Assembly: GCA_964016885.1 (NCBI GenBank)
Contig: OZ024741.1
Span: 302,560,001 to 302,624,000 of the forward strand
Length of the DNA stretch: 64,000 bases
Direction: 5' to 3'
DNA from: Eledone cirrhosa
Taxonomy: Eukaryota
Shown here: positions 41,933-55,200 of the stretch, piece after piece
Layout of the letters: each line of letters starts with the position of its first letter
Position numbering within the stretch: position 1 is the first letter of the stretch
Made by a program: the position numbers and the translations under genes
The notes under the pieces: model-generated
Database searches by the model: none
Seen by the model: only the letters and a program-made list of their open reading frames with translations
What the model was told of the DNA's origin: nothing

Positions 41933-43256
41933 CCACGTGCACACACACAGAGACCTATATATGCAAAGAGTAAACGGTAAACAATACAGCGAACACTATA
42001 GTACAATGAAGATATACATTAGTTTAACGCATGATATAACGTGTGTTTCGGAACTATAAAGGGAATATGAAATTTTAATTGAAAGTTAGAAGCTTCATCG
42101 AATTTTTTTGATGTAACACCCATTTGAAGTTAGCAACCATATAATTATAAAGTCAGCAGTTGTACCATTCAACCATCGAGATTGTTCTAATTTTCAAACG
42201 TTTTTAAAAATGGTATTGTAAATATTAACCTTTGAAATCTTTAAGGTCTTACCTGCTTTATACTTACTTATGGATTTGCTTAAATATATTACATCGTTGG
42301 ATACCGGGTTCGGTTTTTCTATCAATTATTAAACAGTAATTTAACTATTATTTATTTTTTAAATTTTCATATTTTCCCCTAGAAATAGCTAATTATATAT
42401 ATACTAACTGCAGTACCCCGTAATATCCGAGAAAGGTGGGGTTATTCGCAGTTCCCAGAGTGCGCCTGAAAATGCTAACGGCCCTGGGTGCCCATATAGG
42501 ATTTTCAATAGCAACCTTTGCTAGGTGTGTTTATGGCAGATCAAGTTTTTGTGTGGAACTATCAATAGCTGTTTAAGTCATAAGTCCTTCTTCCATCCGG
42601 CTTTCTTCATTCAGAGTGAATAAGCCGGGGAAGTTTGAGCTCGAAGAGTATCGAACTTATTCAACAAACTTATGTATAAGAATAGCAAACTTACTGCCTT
42701 AGCGCTCAAGAACAATTGAGGAAGTCATCGCAATTATTGATGAAATTATAACCGAGTGAATATATACAGGTACTGTTCAAGCACCCTGTATATCACTGTT
42801 TGTAAAGCCTTTCGAATGACTGAGGCAATTCAATAAAACCATCCCGTTTTCACCCTATAGTAGACATAACCAGAGAAAACACACCATAATAAGTCGGATA
42901 AACAATCAGAAGTGTTATCCTTAAAGAGGGCCTTGTAACGTTCACTGTTGCAAAGTGTCAATAATGGGGGAGAAGTTACATCTTTTTAATTCGTGTTAAT
43001 CTTCCCACGATCCAACACCTCGAAATATCGACAAAATAAACTCTACTCTCAAAGACGGTATGTTACATTTATCATGTTTGGAGTACAAATATTTGTCAAC
43101 ATACGATTTGGGTTGTATTCTTCGGACTAATCTCATGGTAAGCCAACTTCCAGGTCATTGTTCATCACACTTTTTTTGTAACTAATCACCGATTCCTGCA
43201 GTTGACCTTAATGTGACCTAAGCGTGTGCACGGGTTCAGAATCCATATCAGTGGAT

Positions 43257-43312
<56 letters not shown>

Positions 43313-43572
43313 TAGGATTTAGCTTCAAGCATAGCTGTATACAGATATGTATAGAAATTTCGTATTTCTAAAGAAATACGGTATGTTCCGAAATTTCTAT
43401 ATATATCTGTATACAGTTATGCTTGAAGCTAAATCCTAATTCTATTCTATTATAAGTTGAGCCAACTTATGCAGCTTCATATGCAAATGAGATTAATCAC
43501 CTCATTTACACAGACGAGAAAATATAGTTTTCTCTACTGTTCTCAAGTCCAGCAGTCGCAAGTTTGGGAGGT

Positions 43573-43616
43573 ATCGTCTTGACGAAGACTAGTTAAGTCC
43601 GAAATGCATCGATGAT
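43573..43616 (+). ncRNA. Minimal hammerhead ribozyme motif (C3U core variant)
   Basis: AUCGUC-UUGACGA-A-GACU(AGUUA)AGUC-C-GAAA-UGCA-UC/-GAUGAU; palindromic AUGCAU; 6-bp stem I. Confidence 0.72.
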
Positions 43617-44093
43617 TGACTCCCTTCCTTCTGCTGGACACCACCAGAGGGCGTTAGCCCCGGTGTTTTTTGCATAGCTACGGCTTCCTAAATGTTTACC
43701 CTGTAAACATACCGTATTTCTTTAGAAATACGAAATTTCTATACAAAGACATCTGTTCAGTCGTCAATCAAAATTAGATTGTCGTCTGCTTTATTTGAAA
43801 TTTCTTTATGTATATTTCTAATAAGTTATTGCCTCGCTTTGGAGGACAGAGTTTAACATACAGTAGTAATATCTCCTCTTCTCCCTCTCTCACTGAAACA
43901 TCTTCTCTTTCCCCCTCCATTGTTAAGATGTCCCTGGGGGTTCCATTATTGAAATCCAATTAGCCAGACCTGTTTCTGAATATTAGCTTAATATGTATGT
44001 AAAGTTTCATCAGGATCGGATGACTGGTGTAGGCTCCATCTAGTTATACACATATACACAAACAGACAGAAATTGCCACATATACACACACAC

Positions 44094-44187
<94 letters not shown>

Positions 44188-44887
44188 TGCGATGAAATAT
44201 CAATGATGGTTGGCAAATCACTGACGAAGGACTATTTTTATCATATGTAACCCATGTGCAACCGCGCAGTATTCTTCTTTCTTCTCATGTTTTTTATATA
44301 TATATCTGTGACTAATCCCGGTTTTTTTCATAAAAACTGATAATTATTGCTATTTTGCTGAACTCCTTTGTAGAGTTTTTTTCAGAATGTATTTGACTGC
44401 TATTTCTTGTAAATAAACATTCACTTCCATCCTGACATCACTAGCCCCGTTTTTTCCTCATGTGCTTTTTCATAAATACACATGAAGGCGAACTAGCCAG
44501 TTTTAGAATTCCCTTTTTCGGATTATATTACTGTGAGAGCCCTGGTTTCTGTTGAGCTCTGCTGATGAATGAAATTCCAACCGTGACCATCTCCACTGAA
44601 AGTTTTCATGAAATAGTCTTTTAAGACTATACAGAGCATTTGATGTTATTCCAAATTGAAGGATAAGTGTTTCAAACTTTATTTTATCATGAGTTAAAGG
44701 TCTATAGATTTTTCCCTGGATTTTACTAAATTCTGTGGGTGAATTTATATCCTGATTCTCTTTTGAGATGAGTTTGAGTTATTTTTCCAAAATCTTTCGT
44801 TAACTACTTTTCCCATCTTGACGTTATAGTCGCATATATGTTATAGAATGCCGTTAGCTTCTTGCTAAAACAATCTCTATACCTCTC

Positions 44888-44968
<81 letters not shown>

Positions 44969-45133
44969 TATTGATAAACTTAAGAAAATTAACGAGAAAA
45001 GTCAACAAAGAAAAAAAGCAAAGAAGAACCATACAATACAATGAAGATATATATTAATTTAACATTTGATACAGTAGGAAAAGAGTTATTACGTTTCGGA
45101 CGCTAGTCTTTCATTGGAAACATTGGAAAATAC

Positions 45134-45206
<73 letters not shown>

Positions 45207-46484
45207 GAGAGAAAGGAAGAGACAGAGAGAGAGAGAAGTGATGATGTTCGGGGGAGAAAAAATATATACAATATATGTATATGTATATGTATATAAACAG
45301 AAAATTATGATAGAGAATCAAAGCACACTTATCAACTTAGTTTATTGGAGATTTCAGATCGAATTTAATTCTATTGGGTCGTCACGTATGAAATTTGTAG
45401 AAATTTGTTTTTTTTCTACAAATTTCATACTTGATGACCCAATATTTTGAAAACACTCCTAGTTGATAAGTGTATTTTGATTCTCCATCATAAGTTTCTA
45501 TTTATAATTGTTCTGCTTGTATCTTCCTAAGTCCTAACTCTGCTTTAATAAGCATTTAATATTGCAACTTCAAGCATTGAGCAGGCTTTGCTTTTGCATA
45601 AGGCATCTAACATAATATATCGTCTTACACTCTCCTGCAAGTTTGAGATGTAATAATTCTATTTTTGATATATATATATATATAACAAATTATCTGTGTA
45701 GCTGTCCACTGCTGTTGCTGATGTGTCAGCCTCAAGAAATTACAGATCACTTGGTATTCAATTTAAGAGAGAAATCAAAATAGTTCTTCATATATCAAAC
45801 GATTTAAGATACATTGTTTAAGATAATATAAATATAACTGCATTTTAAAAAAAGTTTCGTTCTGAAAAGAATGACTTATAGTCACACTTTCTACGATTTC
45901 CTCTGTACACTGAAGAACATGACATTTTCTTTGTTCGCTAGGAAATTATTGTCCCTCCATCAGAAGATAACTACTCATATGATTCTGTCTATAGAAGCAG
46001 GTCCGTTGCCAGGTTTTGGTGCTCAGAAGGGCTTCAGAACTTTCTGATGGGGAATTCTAATTCCCTAAGGAATATTTTGACCAGCTTCTTTGGGTAACTT
46101 CTTTTAAAAACGTATTTTTGTTCTTTGTTCTTGTTTTAATAAGAAAAGTTAGTAAAGTCAAAACTTCAAAGGACGTATTTATAAACTCGATTTTTTTAAA
46201 TCTGAGGGTGCACCATTGAAAAGTAAGGGGCAGTGCAATTCAGTGTTCACACCCCCCGGTAATGGGCCTGTATAGATGGATCTTTATAACGGCAACTATT
46301 TAAGTTAAATAGACTGTAGAACGTAACTGACACGGGCTGAAAAATATGCATAACGTGCATTCATTTGGCAACGTCATTAATTAAACAAATATTTATGCAA
46401 AATACTGCGTATTTTAGATTTGTTGTTATTGTTGTACATAGGGAACTGTATTATGTATAACCTAAAAACCATTATTCTGGATAC

Positions 46485-46705
46485 TTAAATATGGAATGTT
46501 ACGCGATGCCCCCCCCCCCACACACACACAGCCCCGGCGGACAGGATGGAGAAGGCGTTCCCACGGAGGACGGCAAGGGAGACGCGCTGGAAAAGCCACT
46601 CCAACTCGCGGGGTTCCCACCTGCGACTGGCCAGCTCAGCGCCTATGGTGGTGAGTAGGGAGGTAACCCTGGGGCCGAGGACACCAGAAGTCTCCACTGC
46701 CAGGG
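46485..46705 (-). mobile_element. 3' fragment of a CRE-like non-LTR retrotransposon (restriction-like endonuclease C-terminus)
   Basis: ETSGVLGP...IG..LA.R..EPRE..WLFQRVSLAVLRGNA motif. Confidence 0.7.
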
Positions 46706-47619
46706 GTAGTAGAAATTGTGTTTACACTTCACCACTTTTCACAGCTTAGGAGAGAAAGAAATGGGAGAAGAAAAAGAAATAAAGAGACAGATAGAGACTT
46801 CTCAATTGTGATGATATTGTGTGTTTTGTAGAAGCTTTTACTATTATTTTTAGCAGATCAGTCAATCTGAGCTGCAGTTGTTCAACCCCATGTTATTTCC
46901 AATCAATCAGACAGATTTATGATAGAAGGCATTCAAACCGTGGCCATCGAGTCTTTTTGTACTCAAGAACCATATTGTCTAATATGTCCTTCCTTTTTAA
47001 GACTATAGGGTGATTTGGGGACTATTTCTAACAATCCAACATGCCGAGTCCCTTTAAAAATGGAATGGTACACACACACACACACCCTCTCTCTCTCACG
47101 CACACACATACAAACACACAAAGAAAGAGATGAGGAAAGAGATAAGAAGAAAAGGAGACAGACAGAGACTACTACACGTTCTCTGTCTAGTCCTTATTTC
47201 ATTTTTAAATCTCTTCAAAACATCGTATAGAATGGCGGTCTTTGATCATATTACAACTTATCTTCTGTAACGTAACGTAAGATCTAGGTAACAGATAGGT
47301 AACAACACACACACACACACACACACACACGCGCGCGTGTGTGTGTGTGTGTGTCTCTGTATGTGTATGTGTGTGTGTCTCTGTGTGTGTATATGCGTGT
47401 GTGTAATAAAATTGAAATTTTTAAGAGCATGTTTTGCTTTTAATAAAGGCTACTACAACGCATATTAACTATAAAATAATTGAATAAAATCGGATATATA
47501 TTCCCTTTAGACGAATAAAGTGTACAGAATCACCTGAGTTCATGAAGCGTTCCATTGTTTACATTCTAATATTCTAGCTGTAAAATATAAGCTGTAAATT
47601 AACGGAAAGTAATAACATA

Positions 47620-48055
47620 ATTCCCCCTTGGTGTAGTGGTAACACAGTCTTCCGGCAGTGGCATGGTTCGGTTCCCGCAAGAGATTCTGTTCATGTGTAC
47701 ATTAACTCGAACCGCGTGTGCATTAATTCTCGATAACAAACGCATAAACACACACATAGAGATGACACACACAAACACCCGTACACAGACGAAGGCGCAA
47801 ACGCGTGCGCAGACACGAAATACGAAAAACGCATCACAAAACAAAGACAAGATGGAGTAGAAGTTTAAGACCAGAAAAAAGAGGAGGCACACAAAACAGA
47901 TAGTCATAGAGGAGGTCACACAATGTGTGACGAAAGAACTTCGACAAATGAATGAATAACGAGCAATAAAGATAAAAGTAAATTGAAAATTATATGGTGC
48001 GTGTGTTGTTTTCTGTTGCCAATATTGGCAATATGACCCTCCCTAAATATAACAA
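47620..48055 (+). mobile_element. Diverged 3' terminus of the Penelope-like family with decayed hammerhead (47903-47945)
   Basis: ggtcacacaatgtgtgacgaaagaactt and the terminal atgaccctccc...tataacaa abutting AT repeats; the core is mutated to TAGAGGA. The 5' boundary is approximate. Confidence 0.7.
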
Positions 48056-48063
48056 TATATAGT

Positions 48064-48111
<48 letters not shown>

Positions 48112-49394
48112 CGTGCGCCTTTGTGTGTCAGAGTCGATAGAAGGTCGGATAGAATGCTTTGCGATATTCGTTCCGGCTCTCTGCTGAGTTCAAATCCCAC
48201 CGAGGTTAACTTTGCCTTTTATCCTTTTGAGGTCGATAAAAAAGAAGTACCAGTCAAGTACTGAGGTCGATTCTTCCTCTATATCTCTTTCTCACTTCCT
48301 TTCTGTCACTTTCTATCTTTCTCTAAGAAATCCGCTGTATTCAGACCTGGAGATGTATGGGCTCCGCCAGATTTAAAATACCCTAGAAACGCTCCATGTC
48401 ACCACGACGCCCCTACGACTCCATCAGGGGTTATGACCATGCATATATGTGTGTGAGTGTACAAAAGGAAAGTAGAGCGTTTCACTCCAATGTCTTCCTT
48501 CACGATATATATCCTTTCACACTCTACCTTAATTTGATTGAGTTTTGCTATAGTTTCCTTTATGGAGGCAGCGAACTGGCAGAGTCGTTAGATAGAACGT
48601 CAGATAAAATGCTATGCGTCATTCGTTCCAGCTCTCTGCGATCTAAGTTCAAAATTCACCGTGGTAAATTTTGCCATTCATCCTTCGAAATCGATAAACA
48701 AATGTACCAGTCCAGTATTGGGGTTCATTCTTCCCCTACATCTCTTTCTAATTTCCTCTTTATTATTCTCTCCTTCCTTCTCTTTGAGAAATCGGATGTG
48801 TTCAGATCTGAAGCAAAGACAGGCCTCGTTAAGTTTAAAAGAAGAAATACCCAAGACATGCCGTATACACTACGGCGTCCTTTCGTCTCCATCAGAAGAT
48901 ATGGGTCCATACATTTCATGAATAATAAAAGAGCAACAACAGAGCTCAACTGCGAAAAGTGGTTTCCCAATACACAGCCTTAAATCGACCCTATGATCAA
49001 AGACCTTCCAGCCGTGGCCATCTCTTCTTTTGGGAGATATCTAGGACTATATTATCTAATGCGTTTATTTGTTTAAGATGGTGGTAATTATAGGGGAAAA
49101 GAGGTAGTGTTGGTAGTATAGATAGTGATGGTTGAAGAGCGATGGCGACGACGACGATGATGATGATGGTGGCGCTGATGCGGTGGTGGCGCTGTTGTTT
49201 GGTAGTGGTGGTTGTGGTTGTGGTCATGATGATTGCTGTGGTAGCGAAGGTAATGGTCCTGGTAGTGACGTTGATGTTGTTTTTGTTATTATTATTATTG
49301 CTTTTGTTGTTGTTGTCGTTGTTTTGGTGGCAGTGGTGGCGAAGGTTGTAGTGGTGGCGGTGACGACTGCAGATATATATAGATATATATACAT

Positions 49395-49460
<66 letters not shown>

Positions 49461-50249
49461 GAAGGGAGAGAAGTACGTCATGTTTATTCAGCAGATATTT
49501 CCATAAAACTTCTGACGGACTCTCTGATAGTTCGACCGCAACAAACTGCAGGGTGGGGGAGAGGAGGAAAGAAGAGGAAAGCACTTATCGTTTTATTTGT
49601 CTTTCTTTCTTACTATTTCTTCCTCCTCTGTCTCCCTCTAAATCTCTCTCATTCCCTTTCTCCCCCGCACTCTCTTGTCTGTCTGTCTCCTTGTATGTCT
49701 CTCTCTCTCTTTCTCTTTCACTCTTTTTCTCCCTCCCTTTCTTTCTCTCTTATTTCCCTTCTCTCTGTCACTGTTTCTCGGAACGTCAGGCAGATGTGAC
49801 GTAAACACATGAAGGCTCTCAACCGTGACCCTGTAAATATTGCCCGCCGCAGTAGGTAAAAGACGTGTTGGTACTTGGTGGTGGCGGTGGTGCTGGTGTT
49901 GGTGGAGAGGGAATGTGACGCTGGGTTGTGGTGGTGATAGTGGTGAGTGGGAGTGGGTGATCGTGATGATGGTGGGGGAGGTGATCGTGATAGTGGCGGA
50001 GGCGGATAAGTGACGGTAATAGCGATGGTGACGAGGTGGAGCTGATGGTGGTATTGGTGGTGGTAGCGCTGTTGATGATGATGAGGCTGATGTGGAGGTG
50101 ATGGTGATGTTATGGCGGCGAGGTGCAATTGTACTGTTTTATCAACTTGCAAATGGTTTTATATATGTACGAATGTGTATGTATGTATGTATGTATGTAT
50201 GTATGTATGTATGTATGTATGTATGTATGTATGTATGTATGTATGTGTG

Positions 50250-50284
<35 letters not shown>

Positions 50285-50305
50285 GTGTATGTATGTGTGT
50301 ATGTA

Positions 50306-50535
50306 CTTTATATCTGGAGATCTCTCTGCACTTGTCGTCACATGGTACCAAGGGCCCAGCACTATGTGTCAGTATTTGTCACAAGTGTAGTGTTTGTACC
50401 AGAGTTTGTAAGTCGCTGGCTGGACTAAAAAGTCACACTCGTTCAGCGCATCGGTAGGGGTTCTCCTACATGGATATAAAGTAGTGGCCGTACTCGAAAA
50501 CGAGTTGGCAGCCACCATGTATGTATGTATGTATG
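50306..50535 (+). mobile_element. RTE/BovB-like LINE 3' end with C-terminal zinc-finger motif and (GTAT)n tail
   Basis: CSVCTRVCKSLAGLKSHTRSAHR*, then ggcagccacc-(atgt)n; a similar end ggcagccatc-(atgt)n occurs at 51601. Confidence 0.65.
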
Positions 50536-51000
50536 TTATCTCTTTCTCTTAATTTCGAGTATATTTTTTTGACCGGCCACCTTCCTGGTGGCAAGGTTGT
50601 AAAAGAAAGAAATTGTCATCCCTTGAATCACAAGAATGTTTTGCAAATTTTGAAGGTGCCAGCTATCGCAGCCATTTGTAGACTATGAATTAGGGAGCTG
50701 CGCTCTTTGTCCGCAAATCCAAGTTCAGTCATACTTTGGTTCAAGCGGGTTGGTATATAACCCGTAGCTCCAGTAATGATGGGTATGAAGCTAAAGGTGT
50801 ATCGTGGATACTGGATTTGTAAACTCCTCATCAATGGTCCGTAGATGTCCTCCTTCTCCTGTATTTTTCTGATAACGTTTACATCAAGTGGGCAGCTGAT
50901 CTCCACAACAGAACACGTTTTCAATGTGTGGTCCCAAACAACAATATCAGGCCGGTTGTGCTTTAATTTGGTGGTAGTTTTTATTTTCAGGTTCCACCAG
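50536..51000 (-). mobile_element. R4/Dong-like non-LTR retrotransposon 3' fragment (restriction-like endonuclease) inserted in (TACA)n
   Basis: [19 protein letters not shown]...VEISCPLD.N..K..EK...Y..L..IPIITGATG; (ATGT)n on both flanks. Confidence 0.8.
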
Positions 51001-52225
51001 TATGTATGTATGTATGTATGTATGTATGTATGTATGTATGTATGTATGTATGTATGTATGTATGTATGTACAACCTGTCGCATGGTCGGGTCGTCGGCGA
51101 CTAAACCGGCAACCCCACCAAGTTGGTGAGGAGGGTGATTTTGGACACCCTGCAGGACAAAAAACAAAACCTGACAAAGGGCGGGAGAACTCATAAGAGT
51201 CAACGGTCATCCAAAAGTGTGTATATATATATATATACACATGTACATATGTATGTATATGCGCGGGGACATAGAAATAGTCGGGATGGACACCCGATCA
51301 CGCGGTTAAACCACTGGGAGTGAAAGACTCCTAGCCTTTGTCAGGCATTCTTCTAGGAGAAGGCAACTCAGGAAACTGGGATAACTCCGATATAAAACCT
51401 GCGGCTCAGTAGTTACCGATGATGTTGATCTTTTCTTATTTTCGGGTTATAGCTACTGTCGCTCAGAGAGTGGGATTGGCTCAGTGCACAGTCTTTCCTC
51501 GCTATAAAAAATATCTTCACGCACAGGCATTGCACAATAGAATTAATAAATAATTATTAATAATGGTATATCGTGCAATGTCCATACTCGATAACGAGGG
51601 GGCAGCCATCATGTATGTATGTATGTATGTATGTATGTATGTATGTATGTATGTATGTATGTATGTATGTGTGTGTGTGTGTATGTATGTAAGTATGTAT
51701 GTGTGTGTATGTATGTATGTATGTGTGTTGTGTATGTATGTATGTATGTATGTATGTGTGGACAACAATGGGTAATGATGACGGTAAATTCCCATATATA
51801 TATATAAAATAAGTAATATTTCTAGGTTGTCTCTAGATTTAAAAAAAAAACCAGAATGAATCCTTTAGTTTACATATTGAGACCCCAACCTATTCTATTT
51901 ATTTTATGTTTGGGATTTCTAGTAATGTACTTTTTTTGCCATGTATACATTTTTGTGATGTCCAAAGAAAATTAATTGTCGCAGGAATGCTACCACACAA
52001 AATAAAATTTCGCCGGAGATGACCCCCCCCCCCCATCCCCAAATAATTATATATTTTCTTTCCAAACTACCAAAACACACATCTATTTGTATATGTGCTA
52101 CAATTTATGTACATCTTATGTAGAGACAGATGGGAGAGATAGATATAGATATAGAGAGGGGGAGAGTTTGGTGGTAATTGATATAGAGAGGAAGGTTGGG
52201 CGAGTGTGTTGTATATTAGATATAT

Positions 52226-55200
52226 ATTTCTATTTATTTGCCACCAGGGCATCAAAGATTGGGACAAATACAAAGTGGGGAGTTTACATACATTTAAAAA
52301 GACGTGTAAAAAACATAACAAATTAAATTTAACAATCGATGTCCTCAATAGGGAGGGGCGTTGACATGGGTCGCACACACCCCCGAAAAAATGTGCAACC
52401 CTCCTCTTCAGGAGCACAAAGAGCGGGTGCTTCCTTCCTCTTCTCATTCTTCTCCTCTCTCACCTACAGGCTGATATAGAGAGAAGGCCCATTCACTCGG
52501 GCCATTCTCGCTACTTTCACCCATCTTTCATAAAACTTGCTGGGGTAGAGCACCTCTCTCTCCATTCTGATCCTTCTTCTAAAGTGGTACTTGAAAAAAA
52601 AGACCAGTTGTTGGCCGGAGAGAAAGGTGTCTGACCTCAGCCCTTTCAACCTTGTCCACCATACAACTTCTTTCGCCATGGCTATCACACAGAGGAAAAC
52701 CGCCTGTCCTTCGTTTTTGAAAGGGGGAGGCGGTTTGATTGTGACAATGTTCTCGGTGGTCAACCGGATTGGTCCCACCCGCGACAGTAGTCGTTCTACA
52801 TAGCCCCACAGGTCAGCAACGCCCGGGCAGTGTACGAATGCGTGTGCGACGGTTTCCTCGCCACGCACGCATCTTGGACAGATCTTCTTCGAGGGGTCCC
52901 TACCCGGGCGCCCGTGTCTGTAGAGCTTGTCCCGAACGGGTAGAGCTCCTCGGTAACATTGCCAAGCCAGGGACTTTTGGAAGTTGTCCATCGGTCTCGG
53001 GCCAAACGTCCTACCGAACAGACTGGCCAGCTCGTCTTCCTCCATGCCCAGAGCCTCTCCGAGAGCGTCGTCGCACTTACTGCGCACCAACCCTCTATAG
53101 AATGTTGAGGTTGAGTCTCCACTGATTGCCGGATTCGCTTGCCAGAGGGCCGTGAGCGCCTGGGCACATTCAATGTGCCAGTCGCCCACTTTTCTCGGTC
53201 TTTGCTTGACCCAGGATTGCAGCTCGGTGAGTGAGTCTCGGAAAGGCTCGCCTCACAAACAGGGCCCACACCGGCTGACTGGTGAGGAATACCTGGAGGT
53301 GCCGTAGCCTTAATGCGTGTCTACGCATCGTCAGCCACGGCATCCCCAGCCCTCCGTTCGAAGGGTGTTGACCGCAGATGGATCTTCTCACCAAAGGAGC
53401 CCGCTACTTCCAAAGAAATCGGAAGAGCGCGCGCTCCATTTTGGCGAGTGTTTTCTCTGGGCAAGGCACGACGGTCAAGCGGTAGTAGATGACGGACGCT
53501 ATATAAGCGTTCGCCACCTCCGCTCGACCTTTCAGGGATAGTTTGCACTCGGCCCACTTCTGGGCAAGTGCAAACACCTTGCCCGTTACCTCGTCCCAGT
53601 TTTTCTCCACCTGGAGGTCCGGTCCGAACCAGACCCCGAGCAGCTTCACCGCTCCCTCCGTCCAGCGTCCGACGATGCCGTCGGAGGGCATCGTTTTGCC
53701 CCTCCACGTCCCGAGTTGCAAACCGACGGACTTGTCCCGGTTCAGCTTGGCTCCTGTGAACCTTTCATATTCCTCCAGTAAGGTGCCGATCTGCCCGATT
53801 TCCGAGGCGCACGACACCATTACTGTCACGTCATCGGCGTAGGCCGACACCGCTTTCCGCAATCCCGGTTCCAAGGGGATGCCCTGCAACAGCTCCAGCT
53901 TCCGCAGTAGTGGCTCGAGAGCCAGCACATACAGGAGGGAGGAGAGAGGGCAACCCTGTCGAATGGATCGCGTGATTTGGAACGGCTCCGAGAGGTAGCC
54001 GTTCACCTTGACCCTCGAGCAGGTGTTGCTGCTGTGCATTGCAGCAATCCAGCCCCTGAAAACGGGTCCGAAGCCTGCCGCCGCGAACACCGCATCCAGG
54101 TACCGATGGTCAACCCTATCGAACGCTTTAGATTGATCCAAGTTGATCAGGGCCCCACCAAAGCCGGGTTCGTTCCCTACCCTCTCTACGATGTATCGCA
54201 TGAGGTGGAGGTTGTCGTGTATGGACCTGGACGGGATTGCGCATGTCTGCGCTTCTCCCACCAGGTTCCCGACGACAAGCGCCAACCTCTTCGCTAACAC
54301 CTTGGCCAAAATCTTTAACCCTGTGTTTAGCAGAGTTATGGGCCTGAAGTTATCTATGTCATCCCCCTTGTTCTCGTCCTTCCTCACCAGCGTGACTACG
54401 CCCTTGGTCACAGAACTGGGAATTCTCCCGTTCTGTTGCCAGTTGCAGTAGACCGCCTCGAGGAGACCGGAGAACAAGCCCGGCATCGCTACATAAAGTT
54501 CGTATGGTAGAGCATCGAGACCCGGAGATTTGCGTTTGCCGCATTGGCTCAGCGCTTCCCCTATTTCAGCGGCTGAAATCGGCCTCTCGCAGGACTTCGC
54601 ATCCCCGTCCGAGAGCCGCGCCAGTTCTATTCCTATGTGATGCTAATTCCCGACTAAAACCTATCGATTCTATTCTAATTTCTCTCGTGAGAGAGCCCCA
54701 CCACCTGCTGTTGACAATTGCCCCCGTCAAACGCTGCTTAACCAGTGTGCTAATCCGCTTACTGTAAGCTTTGTTTGTCGGTAAAGACAAGTTTAGCTTC
54801 CAGTAACCGGGTCCCTGTCTATGAGTTCTATCAAGGTTGACCACTCCGGTCAACAACTTGTGATCCGAATAGTCAACCATGAACATTCGTGGACAGCTTA
54901 ATATGTCCCTATCCTTATTTCTAACTAGGAACCTATCTAGGTACGACCTAGATGTTCCGCTGCGATTACTCCACGTCCACCGTGGCACAGTCGGAAAATC
55001 CAGTCGATATCTATCGGCCAGATCAAATCGGCCGATTAATCGTTTGAGGCTGTTACACCCCCCTCTATCGGGACATGCCCCTACATAGTCCCAACGTGCA
55101 TCCAGGATACCATTCCAGTCTCCCACTAAAAGCAAGGAGCGATACGTTCCCAGGAAATTCTCCAGGCGTTGGAAGAAGTCCGGTCGCGGTGTCCCAGATG

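Noticed and set aside
48396-48983. 195-aa ORF
   Set aside because: It spans two diverged SINE-like repeat copies; no protein motif is recognisable.
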